NCBI GenBank assembly: GCA_010015805.1
Contig: ML978129.1
Location: 1,054,001 to 1,118,000, forward strand
Length of the DNA: 64,000 bases
Origin: Rhizodiscina lignyota
Lineage: Eukaryota
Direction: 5' to 3'
A program made the translations under genes and the position numbers. Below the pieces are notes generated by a model. That model was not told the origin of the DNA, made no database searches, and worked only from the letters and a program-made list of their open reading frames with translations. Each line of letters begins with the position of its first letter. Within the stretch, counting starts at the first letter, position 1. Shown one piece after another: positions 23,188-35,158 of the stretch.

Positions 23188-23970
23188 TCAACTGACGCTG
23201 AACGATTCGCCGCAACCGCATTGATCTTTGATGTTTGGATTGTTGAAGACGAAGCGCCGGTTCAGTTTGTCTTCTACCCAGTCCATCTCGCTTCCAATGA
23301 TGCTGAACAATGCCTTCGAATCCACCAGTACTTTGACGCCATCTTGTTCTACTGTCTCGTCGAACATACTGGGCTTGTCGACGTACTCTAAATGATATGC
23401 CAAGCCAGAACACCCTCTGTTCTTCACGCCTACCCGGATTAGCTTCGGCTCAGGTCGGTCGAGGAGTTCTTTAAGTGCTTCGACAGCTGTTGGTGTAAGT
23501 GTCATTGCGGCCTTTCGTGGACGTAGTTTACTCCGTCTCGGTCTTGCTGAGGCGCTTTGGCCGTTCGTTGTAGGTTCGGTCGTGACAGGCTTTGTCTTCT
23601 GTGCTTCCCCTTCTGTCACGCTCACACTGGATGTAGCTTCAGACGAAGACCCTTGGTCTTTCCCATGTTGTTCGGTTAACCTCGGAGGCCGAGAGTCGTT
23701 AACTTCTGGCTTCCCTCCCGCTATTGAGGTATCAGGTATGCCCAAATTCCGAGGAGGCAGTGGTAGAGGTTGAGTAGGAAGAGAGGAGGGTTGATAAGCG
23801 GTAGCGGTTTGTATGTGTCTTCGGCTCGATTCTCTGAATGGGCGTGAGGAGGCGAATGTCCGAGAACATTGCGGACAGCGGAAACAGCCAAGGAATGGAG
23901 CTTGGAATGAAAATGAAGATTGCGTATTGACAGAACGCGCAATCCTACTAGCTACACGAGGAGTGGCCAT
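23188..23970 (-). CDS. ISA1: Mitochondrial iron-sulfur cluster assembly protein Isa1
   Basis: Presequence MATPRVASRIAR; RGCSGLAY and C-terminal CGCGESF HesB motifs. Confidence 0.93.
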   Translation of the reverse strand: MATPRVASRIARSVNTQSSFSFQAPFLGCFRCPQCSRTFASSRPFRESSRRHIQTATAYQPSSLPTQPLPLPPRNLGIPDTSIAGGKPEVNDSRPPRLTEQHGKDQGSSSEATSSVSVTEGEAQKTKPVTTEPTTNGQSASARPRRSKLRPRKAAMTLTPTAVEALKELLDRPEPKLIRVGVKNRGCSGLAYHLEYVDKPSMFDETVEQDGVKVLVDSKALFSIIGSEMDWVEDKLNRRFVFNNPNIKDQCGCGESFSVS

Positions 23971-24332
23971 GGTAGAGAGTGGCGGTATAAATATAATGGA
24001 AATCGTAAAGAGGTTCGGGTAGATGTGTAATGGGAGGTTGCGGAAAGCGTCATGGCTTGGCGCGGTGTTTAGATAATCAAGTCGTATGTGGACCAATCAG
24101 CGCTTCGCATTTGTCATAATCCAGTACTTTAAAAGCAAACTCTATGTATTGATTCCTGTCTATCTAATTACCCTATACAAGTACACCAACCTATAATCTA
24201 AATTACAAGAGCCATATTCTAATGTTCACTCCATCCTAGTCGTACAACTGAAAACCGAAATTTTTGCATGCTGCTCATCATGACGGCCGTTGCACTTCGT
24301 ACACAGGTCGTGATGAATAACGCCCGAAACCT

Positions 24333-26292
24333 CTACGACAGGCATAGCAAGCCAAAGGCGAAAACATAATACACCATGACAATAAACGGGTATTGATAAG
24401 AAGCCATCGAAGACACCGTGGGTATATTTTTCGCTTCTTCTTTCGGTCTAGCGACGCCAGTCTCCTTATCCCGAACAATGAATGCCTCTCGATCAGGGTG
24501 GGGGTTTGCAAAAATGCCGTACTGGAAAGGGACTGTGAACTGCTCCAGACACTCGAGCAGTAGCTTCAAGAATGAAGGGTATGCAATTGAGGTTAATGCC
24601 GATTTCCGAGGATCGAGAGCAACATGTCGAATGGACGATATTATAGCGATGCCGAGGAGCACCAGGTAAATCGCGTGGAGGTACGCGCCATCGTTCCAAA
24701 GAATGTAGGAAATGCGATTCAGTCCTTTCTTCTGAAGGGGGTCTCGTGCCCTCGCGCTCTCCGCACCAGTTGATGTGAACGCGGTCAATCTCTTGCAGCC
24801 GAAAATTTTCAGCTCAAGCAATTGGAGTGCCCCCTTCGCCTCATACGGCAAAATCCAGAGACGCTGATCACTTTCAATTGATAAGCTCCTTCCGGATGCG
24901 TGGCGTTCAAACCAGCCTTGAACGTATAGAGACAGTTGCCAGAGAGCGGAGAGAACCAGAATGGTTCGAGATGCGCGGGGAGTTTCCGAGGCCACCAATT
25001 CGAGGCCGGAGACCGTCAGCAATGGAACTAAAAGCGTCGCTGCCAGCAGCAACATCCTGGACATTCCCCACATGGAAACTGTGTATATCATGCCCAGCTT
25101 TTGTTGTAGTGGTGCCTTCCGCATGTCCGGCCCGAACACGAAACCGATTGTCGCTAAGTGGCCCACCATCCATTTAGCCGCCTGCTTTGCAACGTCGTTA
25201 AGCTTGATCACTTGCAGCCCATGCTGCATGCTCTCGGGTAGCTGTGCAATTCGCCATCCCCCGGCTTTGAGCAGGTATGATGGCACTACCGTGTCATCCA
25301 GCACTGGCGGATGAGGATATCCGCCAATCCTGTCAAAGGCATATCGCCTTGCGACAAATCCTGTACCAACGCAGTTCGCATTCCCGGAGCTGTCAAGGAG
25401 GTGTTCTCCGATGTCCTGAACTCGGAGGCACCGGTCTGAAAGGGAAAAGCCATCCGGGATGTTGTACCACCTTTGCGGCGTGTTGACAAGGGCTGTCTCA
25501 GGATCTGTCAGAAGCACCGGGATACTCGCACGAAGCCACTGACTATCAGGGATCATATCAATGTCTAGGACTGCAAAGTATCCTGCTGCACCTCCTTCGA
25601 GGTGCTGGAGATACTGCAAGCCGAAGTCGAGGTTTGCAGCTTTCGAATGGATTTGTACCACGTCTCCTCTTGCTGCATAATGAACTGCTGGTAGAGAATG
25701 ACGTGCTTTAAATCTTGCGACTTCTTGACGCAGGGCCGGGTTATTTCCGTCATCAAGGATCAACAATCGAAGTTTGTCGGCCGGATAGTCCAGGTGTGCC
25801 GCCGCATTAACAGTATCCATAATAATCTTCAGGTCTTCACCGCAGCACGGTAATAGCAAATCGACGGTTGGAAGCTCGTTGCCAAGCGCTCTCAACGACT
25901 GTCGCGGACGATACCTGCCTCGATTCGTCCAATAAAGCAGCGTCATGAACAGCGGTAGAGCTATCATCCCAGTTAGCGCAGGCGGCCAGTTGAAGTGTCG
26001 ATCACTTACTGGAAAATGCAACCTCGACGAACAGAAAAAGACAATAGGCCGAAATTTGTATCCATGTTGTGGAGTGTGAAGAACGAACGACGTGAAAGGC
26101 GCGAAGAGAGAAGTATATTGTTCCCATTGCGAGAACAAGTCCTGAAGACGAAGTTAAACCTCGGAATGCAGTTGTTCTTGCAGTCTCTGGAGTGACTGGT
26201 CCTTCAACGATTGTGGGTCGTTTCCTGGCAATAAAATTCGCCATTCCATCCATCTTCACGTCGGTGAAACTTTCCATAGCGTGTTGACCCAT
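24333..26292 (-). CDS. Processive GT2 glycosyltransferase, cellulose-synthase-like, 2 exons
   Basis: Two N-terminal TMs; LPTVDLLLPCCGE, LDDG, HSKAANL, DID, PQRWYN, VGTG, LDD and QAAKW motifs; several C-terminal TMs; intron 25961-26009. Confidence 0.85.
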
Positions 26293-28215
26293 CTTCGTCC
26301 ACTCTCCTCTGGGTCATGGAATGCCGGAAGGCGGCGGTGGTGGATTTAACAACACTGTGACATGACAACTGGCGGTGCCCACCCGTAATATAAATTTTTC
26401 TCTCGTCCGCGGAGGGCCGTGCAATGTGCTGATTTCAATCCCCTTGGCGCCAACGACGCATGTAGCAGTAATCGAATATGATCGACTGCTATAAGCGACC
26501 CTGCAGGTTTCAGAGCTGACACTGGCCATTTTTGAAATGGCTCGAAATGCAACGACTTGTATACCTCGATGAGACCCGCAGACCTGGTATCGTTCCGAGC
26601 CGCATATGCGGCATGACACTCCCGACGAACCTAGACGGGGGCATTGATGGATATCGACAGGCGTGTGTCCACTGGAAATTCCACAAGCTCGTTTCACCAG
26701 CACACGTTCGGGCCAGTGCTGGTATTGATTCAGCATCCGGCAGATTAGCAATGCTTGTGGGTGATCTGCGCGATCCCTGCCTATCGGATACAACCACGCT
26801 GAATGACAACTGCCGTGCCAGCGTGTTGGAACTCAGGCGACGCCAGCATAACGGGCAGTCCCACCAACTTGGGATTCGCGTGCTGTACCGCGCCTGCGGG
26901 TCCACGTTAGTGATATCAGAGACCTGATAGAAAACAATTTAGATTCCGCACAGCATTCGTCTGGAAAGGGAGTCTGACGCCGTACCTTGTCCAGCGCACG
27001 GAATGTTCTCTCTCTTAGCTCACGGCCCTGTCCGGCACGTGGCCTCCATGTGCAGGGCCGAACTGTTCAAATTGGCCTTCGAGGCAGGGTTGCTGCGTCG
27101 TCCCGTCGCCGCGATGTCCTTGGGCGGCGTCTGGATGAATGTGGAAGATGTCGAGATACGCTTTGCCCTTTTTCCGTGCGTCAGCTGTGCGTCGCCGACA
27201 GCTCCACTCTTGCCCATCCTCATAAAGGCGCTGTCTCTCAGTCGGTCCACCGTCCGTCGGGCATAAGTTTCGAGTTCATTATCTGACTCGGTAAGCAGCC
27301 GTATCTGGCTGCCTAAGGGCCACTGAGGGCCACGGAGGGCCACTGATTCATGACTCGCACTCCCTCAACGGGCGTTTCTCCCCGACGTTCGTACAGCGCA
27401 GCAGTCCCGAGGGTAGAAATTGACTCAATCCGTTGTTTCCGAACACGTTTGCTGACTCCTGACCGCGGACATGGTTTCGGATGCATAATCAGGGGTCAGA
27501 GTAGGGCTGACCTGATCGAAGATTCCACCCGACGTTCTTCGAGGCGCCACGTGACGTGCCTTACCCCTGAACGGCTGTCTGTGCCGATGGCTTGCGAGTC
27601 AGTTCGCGAGGCTCCCTGCACACTTTCGACAACATTCCCGGAGGTTAATGCGAAGATATATCCACACCGCCAACGTCGAGGCATTATCACAAAGTCTATC
27701 AGGCAACTCATCAGAATGATTTCCTGTTCTTGTTTGTCTTGCAAGGCTGACCTAGATGATGTTCCGGGCGCCTGAGCACGGCCGAGGTAGGAGTTTTCGG
27801 GCTCGATTCCACAGCAGTATACATTTCATGCACACTTCCACATCGCTTATTTCCGTGTGCGCCTGCGACGGTGCAGCTGTCGTAAAAGCACCTCTCGTAA
27901 AGACTGTACTGCCGCCGAAGAGATTTAAAGGAATCGTGATATCACCACATATCGGGAGCTGAAAATTGCAGGCTCGGCACGCCGAAAATGAGTGGTTAGA
28001 ATGCCACGCCGGTAACGCCATGGCTTGAAGTTAACTCCTTTTCCGCACAGTTTTCGCTTGCCAACTACGAATGTGGAAGCGCCATCAAAGGTTCAGTTGG
28101 ACGAGCTGAACTAATTCACTGTGTAAAATGGCTATGTTTTCCCTAATCTCGCGCGGATGCGCGAGCAGCTCCCGTGTCTTCGCTCCTGCCATCAGGCATT
28201 ACACGTCCGACGATC

Positions 28216-29507
28216 ATGAAGTACCCACTTCAATTAACGTGCTTTGTGGGCTCGTTATTATGCAGTTATGTCCTGGCGAGGCCCTCTCATCCGATGATCA
28301 CGCCAGCCCCTCGGCTTCTTCGAAGAGATGATTCAATCGTGGGATACTCCTCGGATCCTGCATCCGGATGTCGGTAGACCATCGTATCCTCATCAGCAAA
28401 ACAGAGATTGACCTCCAATAGGGGAACCAAGAAGCTGCCAGGAAGGGTTTTACAGTAGCTCGAATGGACTCGGAAACTGCTGCGACTTGAGCGACTGCGA
28501 TTTCATCACCGAGTGCGATGCGGGCACCGCCTTCTTCGCCTCTGAAACCCCATATTTCTGGTAAGACAGAGGTCACAATCAACATAATCAATGACTAACC
28601 TTTACCAGCGGATTCTGTGGTACTGGGACCATCTACAATTCTGCAGGCGATCAAAACCCGGCCCTCATGTTCAATTGCGACGGCGACTGGGAAGCTACTC
28701 GAACAGTGTCTCTGCCAGCAACATTCAACACCAGCGTCCCCGCCGCTTCCCCCACCGACTATGTTGTTTCGGTGAATAATCCAGCCTATGAACAACCTGT
28801 GGGGACGGCCCAGGAAACAGGAGTTTCGACGCGGGTTCTTTCTTGTATGTCGGACCAAATGGGATCTCAGAGTATTTGACTGGTTCTAACGTTAACCAAT
28901 AGCTTCCTTCAACTCGCAACCCTCAGAGAGCGCTGGTACTGGAAATTCGACGGGTATAAATCCTCTTCCGTTTGTTGAATAGCACGTCGCTAATTAGAAG
29001 GCAGATGCATCTGCGTCAAGTTCAACTTCTCAATCCGGACCGAACAAAACCTCGAAGAGTAGCGTAAACATTCCTCTCGTCGTTGGAGTCACAGTGGGGG
29101 GCGTCGCAGTGCTTGCCTCCATCTGTCTGGCCGCGTTCTTCATCTTCAAACACCATAGCAACAAGCAACAGACGCCTCAAGCACCAGCAGCACAACCATT
29201 TTCGAACCAGCCTGGCAACTCGGGCAATGCAGGTATTGAATACAGCAACGGGACATATATGAATGGAGCAGCATCTGGAGGACACGATCCAAATATGCCG
29301 ATGCCACCAAACTATTGGCAAGGCGCAGGTGCCTACGTGCAAAACCAGGGACACCCGGAGTGGAAAGGACCGTATGTGGAAACGACGCAAGCACCACCAC
29401 CTACTCCTCCATACTCTGCATACTATCAGCCACCTGCTCGAAGCCACGAAGTTTTAGGAAGCGTTCCTCAGTATCCTTCAGAGCTACCTGCGCATAACCA
29501 GCGGTGA
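28216..29507 (+). CDS. Single-pass cell-surface protein (Cys-rich ectodomain, Ser/Thr stalk, TM, Pro/Gln/Tyr-rich tail), multi-exon
   Basis: Signal peptide and ITPAPRLLRR propeptide; spliced WEPRSC..GNCC..C.FITEC; TM VVGVTVGGVAVLASICLAAFFIF followed by KHH; C-terminal SELP. Confidence 0.75.
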
Positions 29508-30203
29508 TGGAGGAGCCATAATGTCAAGGGTCTGGAGTATCGGTGCTTTATTGGTCACGTTCTGGCGTTAGGTCATGAGGGGAATCGAGGACACTGTCAA
29601 TTCCAAGTACTTCATAGCATAGGGAGTTTATGTTTGACATAATGGACTTTAATGATGCCTCCGGATAGCCCTAACCCGGAACTGCGTCACAGTGCTGGTA
29701 CGGAGTTAAGAATACTTGTAGGGAGTCAGGGACACGGGTATGCCCTAACCTCAGGAACGTCGACAAAGGCATAGGTCAATTAGACAAATTTCTCTTTCTC
29801 CTTTTCTACTAGACCTTGAATGATGACGACAGCTCGTCTTGGTCATAGACAAAGCCCCAAACGCGAGTCCGCGCGGTCCTCGTATCGCAGCCAACTGCCT
29901 GGATGCATGCAGTCAAGCGAATCGCCAAGGGTGACGCTCAGCCACACAGAGCAACGTCGCTCGTTCTGTACTAACCTTTCGGGATACAATCCGCGACCAA
30001 CTCCGCCCTGATTCGTCTGTATGCAAGTTCGACGGGAACATGATGCACAGCCACGAGCCAAATCCCACGACGGGATGCAGAGAGCTCGCATGGCTGTAAG
30101 GCTGCAATATGTATCTTTCAATTGACTTCAGTCCACTTTTCCTAGGCCTGTTCTTCATTATTTCTTGATCGTCTGTATTTCTGACTTGCAGAATATATCG
30201 AAG

Positions 30204-31359
30204 ATGGAGAAGAGAACTCGAAAACCAGTTGCAGCGCTATCGCCCAGCTCATCAGCTCCATCAACCGTTACTCCAACAGCGACTCCAACAGCAGCCCCGT
30301 CTTCGCCAAATCAGCAATATACCGATGAGCTGCATGATGATGGCGATTTACCTCCAAGTTACTCTGGTCCGTCTTTGGGCCCTTCTTCTTCTTCCACATC
30401 TGTACCGACAACCTCTTCACCTTCACTTCCAACCATACCGGGAATGCCCCCAGTAGACTTCGGCCTTTACCGCATCCCCTCAGTCACTATATCTAGTGAC
30501 AACATGACTCTCACAACAAATCTCGCCCAATATTCATATTCTGCTCCTTCCCTTCTCAATCTTATCCAAACTCAATCCAAACTGCCACCACATCCTCAAA
30601 TTCGGATCATAGGCAAAAGAGATGGAAGGACCGACTTCGATATCAAGATCAGCATGATGCGGTATCTCGCACGCCATCCAGAATCCAGAGGAGGCGGTGG
30701 ATGGAACTATGTTAAAATGCTGGGGCCGAAGGAGAAGGGATGGCGAGGCGGCAAGCAAGAATCTCAGATGCCAAGTGTGAATGGCGGACTAGAAGAGTGG
30801 GTCAATCGATATGTTGCTGAGGAGAGCAAAGAAAAGAGGTAATATTAGGAATCCTCTCTTATCTTGCCATAACGTAGCTAACTGTTTGATAAGCTTTACC
30901 CTTACCAAGCAAGTGATCAACTGGAACACTGAATACTTGGAAGGCCAAATCCGGAATCTCATTGCTGGTACCAACTACAAAGGCAAATTGACCATCACAT
31001 TCCCGGTCACGCATTCAAAACTTATTGTTCAATGTCCCTCGAGCAAACCTTGGTACCAAGCTCTGGCCGCCTGCTTTTCACCAACTCAGACTCGTCGTTT
31101 CGAAGTCATCACAGCCGTGTGGCCATACGCTGCTCTATCGTCAGAAGAAACAAGTGGTCAAGGCAATGCGTGGGCCGTCAAGAGCGAGATGGCATTCTGG
31201 GCTGAGTGGAAGGATGTGCTGAAGTTCGCAGTCCTGGATAAGAAAAGTGGATGGCTTTCAATTGAAGACTACATAGAGTTTGCTATGAGCGCAGGCTCGC
31301 AGGGAAAGAAGCAGACAAGAGATTGGGATTTGGATCAAAATGGGAGTCCAAGAAGTTGA
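30204..31359 (+). CDS. Conserved fungal hypothetical protein, 2 exons
   Basis: LPPSY motif, PPHPQIRIIG...TDFDIKI, LEEWV..Y and VWPYA; intron 30839-30892 joins the two ORF-track pieces in frame. Confidence 0.75.
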
Positions 31360-31796
31360 GTTGAGCGCTCATGTTCATGCTGTTACGACTCCTCATGTTC
31401 TCCTTTTCGACATGTACATGTTTATACCATTGGATGATTGGGTCGGTGCACGGAATGATTGTCATTATGTAGTCTCTAGCATGGCTCGATCTCTTTGAAA
31501 AAACATCAGTTCGCGTACATGTTTCGGAGTCTCTATTATAGCTCGAACTCGCTACTAAACATAAGTACTCATACATCAAACCGCTTGCTAAATACCGGTG
31601 CATGTATAGATCGTGGAGTCTCCCTCGCAACCCGGGCTGAGCATCAGTACACCTACAAGTTGACTCTTCTTCCCAGCTCGAGCCGCATAGTGAATGTCAG
31701 TACACGCATCCATTAGAAAGGGCGGCGAAAATGCATAATGCCTTTTTCGTCGCATATCATATTTTAGACATGATCATTTGAAGTCCGCTCATATTA

Positions 31797-32568
31797 TTAC
31801 AGTTTCCACTCTGTACGTCCCAACCGAATGATATCGTGCGCAGTAACCTCCCATACCTTGCCATGTCCATCAGCCTTCCCTTCTGCACACTCCAGCCCAG
31901 CAGCAACAGCTGCTTTCGCAATCACATCTGCATCCTGCGCCCATGAGTCTTTCAGTCCATGGGCCACCATCCCCGCCGCCTCTGCAAGCTTCCTCGCGAT
32001 AAACTCTATCGGCCTACTGTCGTTCTCCCTCGTGCCAACAATCAGTCCAGGCTTCACAAGCACCGTATGCTCGAACCCCAGCTCAATGACCTCCTCCTCA
32101 ATCTCGCCCTTCATCTTCGTGTACGGCACCATGGAGTGCTTGGTCGCCCCTGCCACAGAGAGCAGCACGTACGTCTTCACGCCAGCGTCCTTGGCGGCTT
32201 TCGCGAGCGCAATGTTCAGGTCATGGTCGATTTTGCGCTGCGCTTCAAGGCCGCCCGCTTTGGCGCGCGTGGTGCCGAGGGTGGAGATGAAGATGGACTG
32301 GGAGGGATCGGCGAGCTTGGGGAATTGGGACGGCCATTGCGAGGAGTCGGACGAGACGATGGGTGCGAGTTTGGGAGACGTGGTGCGGACGTCGCGACGC
32401 GTAAACGCGTGCACTTGCGTGAAGGCGGGATGGGATATGATGGTGCTCAAGACGTTGTGGCCCTAGGCATGTACGTCAGCGCGGGCGCGGGCGTGGTCGC
32501 GTTGAAGCTCCAATTGGCATATCGCTTACGACGAGGCCTGTGCTACCCACAAGGACCGCGGTAGTCAT
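31797..32568 (-). CDS. FMP52: Fmp52-like NAD(P)-binding Rossmann protein
   Basis: Exon 1 MTTAVLVGSTGLV, intron 32463-32529, then STLGTTRAKAGG..QRKIDHDLN; YTKMKGEIEE; RLGRTEW. Confidence 0.88.
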
Positions 32569-33138
32569 ATTTGGTTCTGTGCCGCTTGGGGAGCTAGGTA
32601 TTAGGCTGGTGGCTGTTATGGCTTGTGAATACTTGCTTCTGAAGTTGTTGAAGGAACTTCAAATTGCGCATGTATATAGCTTCCAGCGCGGCCGCCGACG
32701 GGGTTTCAGAAGTCTAATCATGACATCTAGGCTCGGAGCCGGGCAAATGCTGAGAAAACTTTAGAAATCCATCTACAGCTAGAGTAGCTACAAGGACAAA
32801 TTTCGGCGGTTCCTAAACATTATCTAACAGCCGCCAGTATGCGGTTCTCCGGAAATGGCTCGGGCGGGAGTGAATCATAGAAAATACTTAGCTACTGGAA
32901 CGCTCCGAGTAACTAGACAAGCAAGTGTGGTACGGGCCTGACGAATGACGTGTCCTGTCTACCCCGTACCGGCGTACATACGATAGCTGGTGCTGGGAGG
33001 CGTGGCTGGAGCCACTATGTCCCTGCCGAGCATGAAAGTTGGAGCCTGGAGCATCCTGCGCTTCATGTAACGTATTTCATTTCGAACAACCACTCTCTTC
33101 AATTGTCTAGTCCTTCCTTTTCAATTCCACCATCAACT

Positions 33139-34957
33139 ATGATGTCTTTAAAGCGAATTGCACTGGCTGGGAGCGTGCTCGCAGCGCTCTTCGCAGCGCT
33201 GCTGGAGCAGAGATGGGCTCTTTCCCGCCTCACGTCAATTGGCCTTGCAGTCTCTCTCATTATTGTTCAAACAAGTGTCATTTGGTGTTATCATGCATTC
33301 ATATATCCTCGTTTTGTTAGCCCTCTCAGAGACATTCCAATGCCACCGGTACGTTTCGCCGCATACATCCTTTTTAGTATATCACATTTCATATAGATAA
33401 CAGATAAACCCTAGGGCGCATCAGCATGGTTCGGGCATACATTTATGGACATTAGAAAGGGCAAGCCACAGGGCACTTCGCTGCGCAAATGGCCCAACAG
33501 CGTGCCCAACGACGGCATTGTTCGCTTCCTGGATCTCTTCCGTATCGAAAAGTTGATACCAGTCAGTCCTGCAGCCCTTGCGGATGTGCTTGCGACAAAA
33601 TGCTACGACTTTGAGAAGCCAGAGCATTTCAGGTCTGGGAGTTCTGGGTTGATCTTGGGCCATGGGATTCTGTTTGCGGAAGGAGACCTTCATAAGGTGC
33701 GTCGACTTCGATATGGTCCCGAGACAATTGAGGTCTGATTAGATGCAGCGACAACGCAAGCAATTGAACCCTGCATTTACCTTCCGGCACATCAAGGATC
33801 TCTTCCCCACGTACTGGAAAGTCTCCGTGGACATGCTGAAAGCCATTGAAGCTCAGAAAGACAAGGAGACCGGCATCTCCATTGTCGAGCCAAATGACTG
33901 GTCCAGCAGGGTAACCCTCGATATTCTCGGACAAGCTGGACTTGGGCGAGACTTTGATGCACTTGCAAATCCAGACAATAAGGTGACTAAAGCGTATCGA
34001 GACGTCTTCAAGCAAGGAATCACGGACATACTGTTCCAAGTTGCAGAGGTCTTAATCTCCCCGACATTAGTTGTCCATCTTCCGTACGACGATACCATTG
34101 GAATTCTCAAGAACGTACATTTACTAACGGGTCACTAAAGCTTCGAGCGGAATCGTACGCTCCGTAAGAATATGCAAACCGTCCGCGACGTCTGCGCCGA
34201 AATCATCCAAGAGAAGCAGCAAAAGCCACAAGCAGACGACGTGCCCACGACCGACATTCTCAGCGCCATCCTCTCCTCCACAACTGTCGACTTCACGCAA
34301 AACGAGATGGTGGAACAACTCGTCACGTTCCTTGTCGCCGGCCACGAAACCACAGCGGCAGCACTGGCATGGGCCGTCTTCATCATCTGCAAGCACCCAG
34401 ACATGCAGTCTCGCCTCCGCGAGGAAGTCTGGGCGCATCTACCAAAGTCAGCATGGGAAGATAGAGACGCCGTGGTCGCATCCTCCGACTTCGACGCAAT
34501 GCCATATCTCCAGGCCTTCTGCAACGAGATCCTACGCTTCTACCCTCCCGTTCCCGCAACGATGCGGCACACTGCTGTCGACACTACCATCGCAGGCCAC
34601 CCCGTCCCCAAGGGTACAGATTTACTTCTCGCTCCATGGGCTGTCAACGTCTCTGCAGCGCTGTGGGGGCCTGATGCAGGAGAGTTCAAGCCCGAGCGCT
34701 GGCTCGAGTCTGCGTCTGGCGGGTGCAAGAGCAACTATGCGAACTTGACGTTCTTGCATGGGCCGCGGTCATGCATTGGGCAAAGCTTCGCAAAGCACGA
34801 GTTCGTATGTCTCGTTGGAGCGTGGGTTGGGCGGTTTGAGACGAAGTTTAATGTCGTGGAGGGCTGGAAGGAGCCGGTTGTTGATATGATGAGCGGCATT
34901 AGCCAGAGGCCGACGAGAGGGTGGAAGGTCGAGGTCAAGACGATTGAGCGGGATTGA
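33139..34957 (+). CDS. Cytochrome P450 monooxygenase, 4 exons
   Basis: AGHETT (I-helix), EILR (ExxR), PERW and heme motif FLHGPRSCIG; introns 33349-33414, 33697-33742 and 34084-34140 restore one frame. Confidence 0.93.
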
Positions 34958-35158
34958 TCTAGGTAGATTCAGACTTGGATATGAGGGAACGCGGATTGTG
35001 AGAATCAACTCTTGAAGACCAGTTGTAATGATACATGTGCCACTCAATGTAGATGTCCATATAGAAATTATGAAAACTCCTCTTATATTGGCACCCATCG
35101 ATGCAAAAGCAACATCAAGACCCAAGATCCATGAGTATATCACAAGCCTGTGTAGTAA

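Noticed and set aside
29669..29750. Two CCCTAACC telomere-like words
   Set aside because: Isolated single units, not tandem, with no telomerase RNA context; compatible with chance.
31828..32564. Two long plus-strand ORFs (212 and 201 aa) antisense to FMP52
   Set aside because: Explained by GC-rich codon usage of the sense gene; no recognisable motifs. The same applies to antisense ORFs over SNU66, the lipase and the Pth11-like gene.
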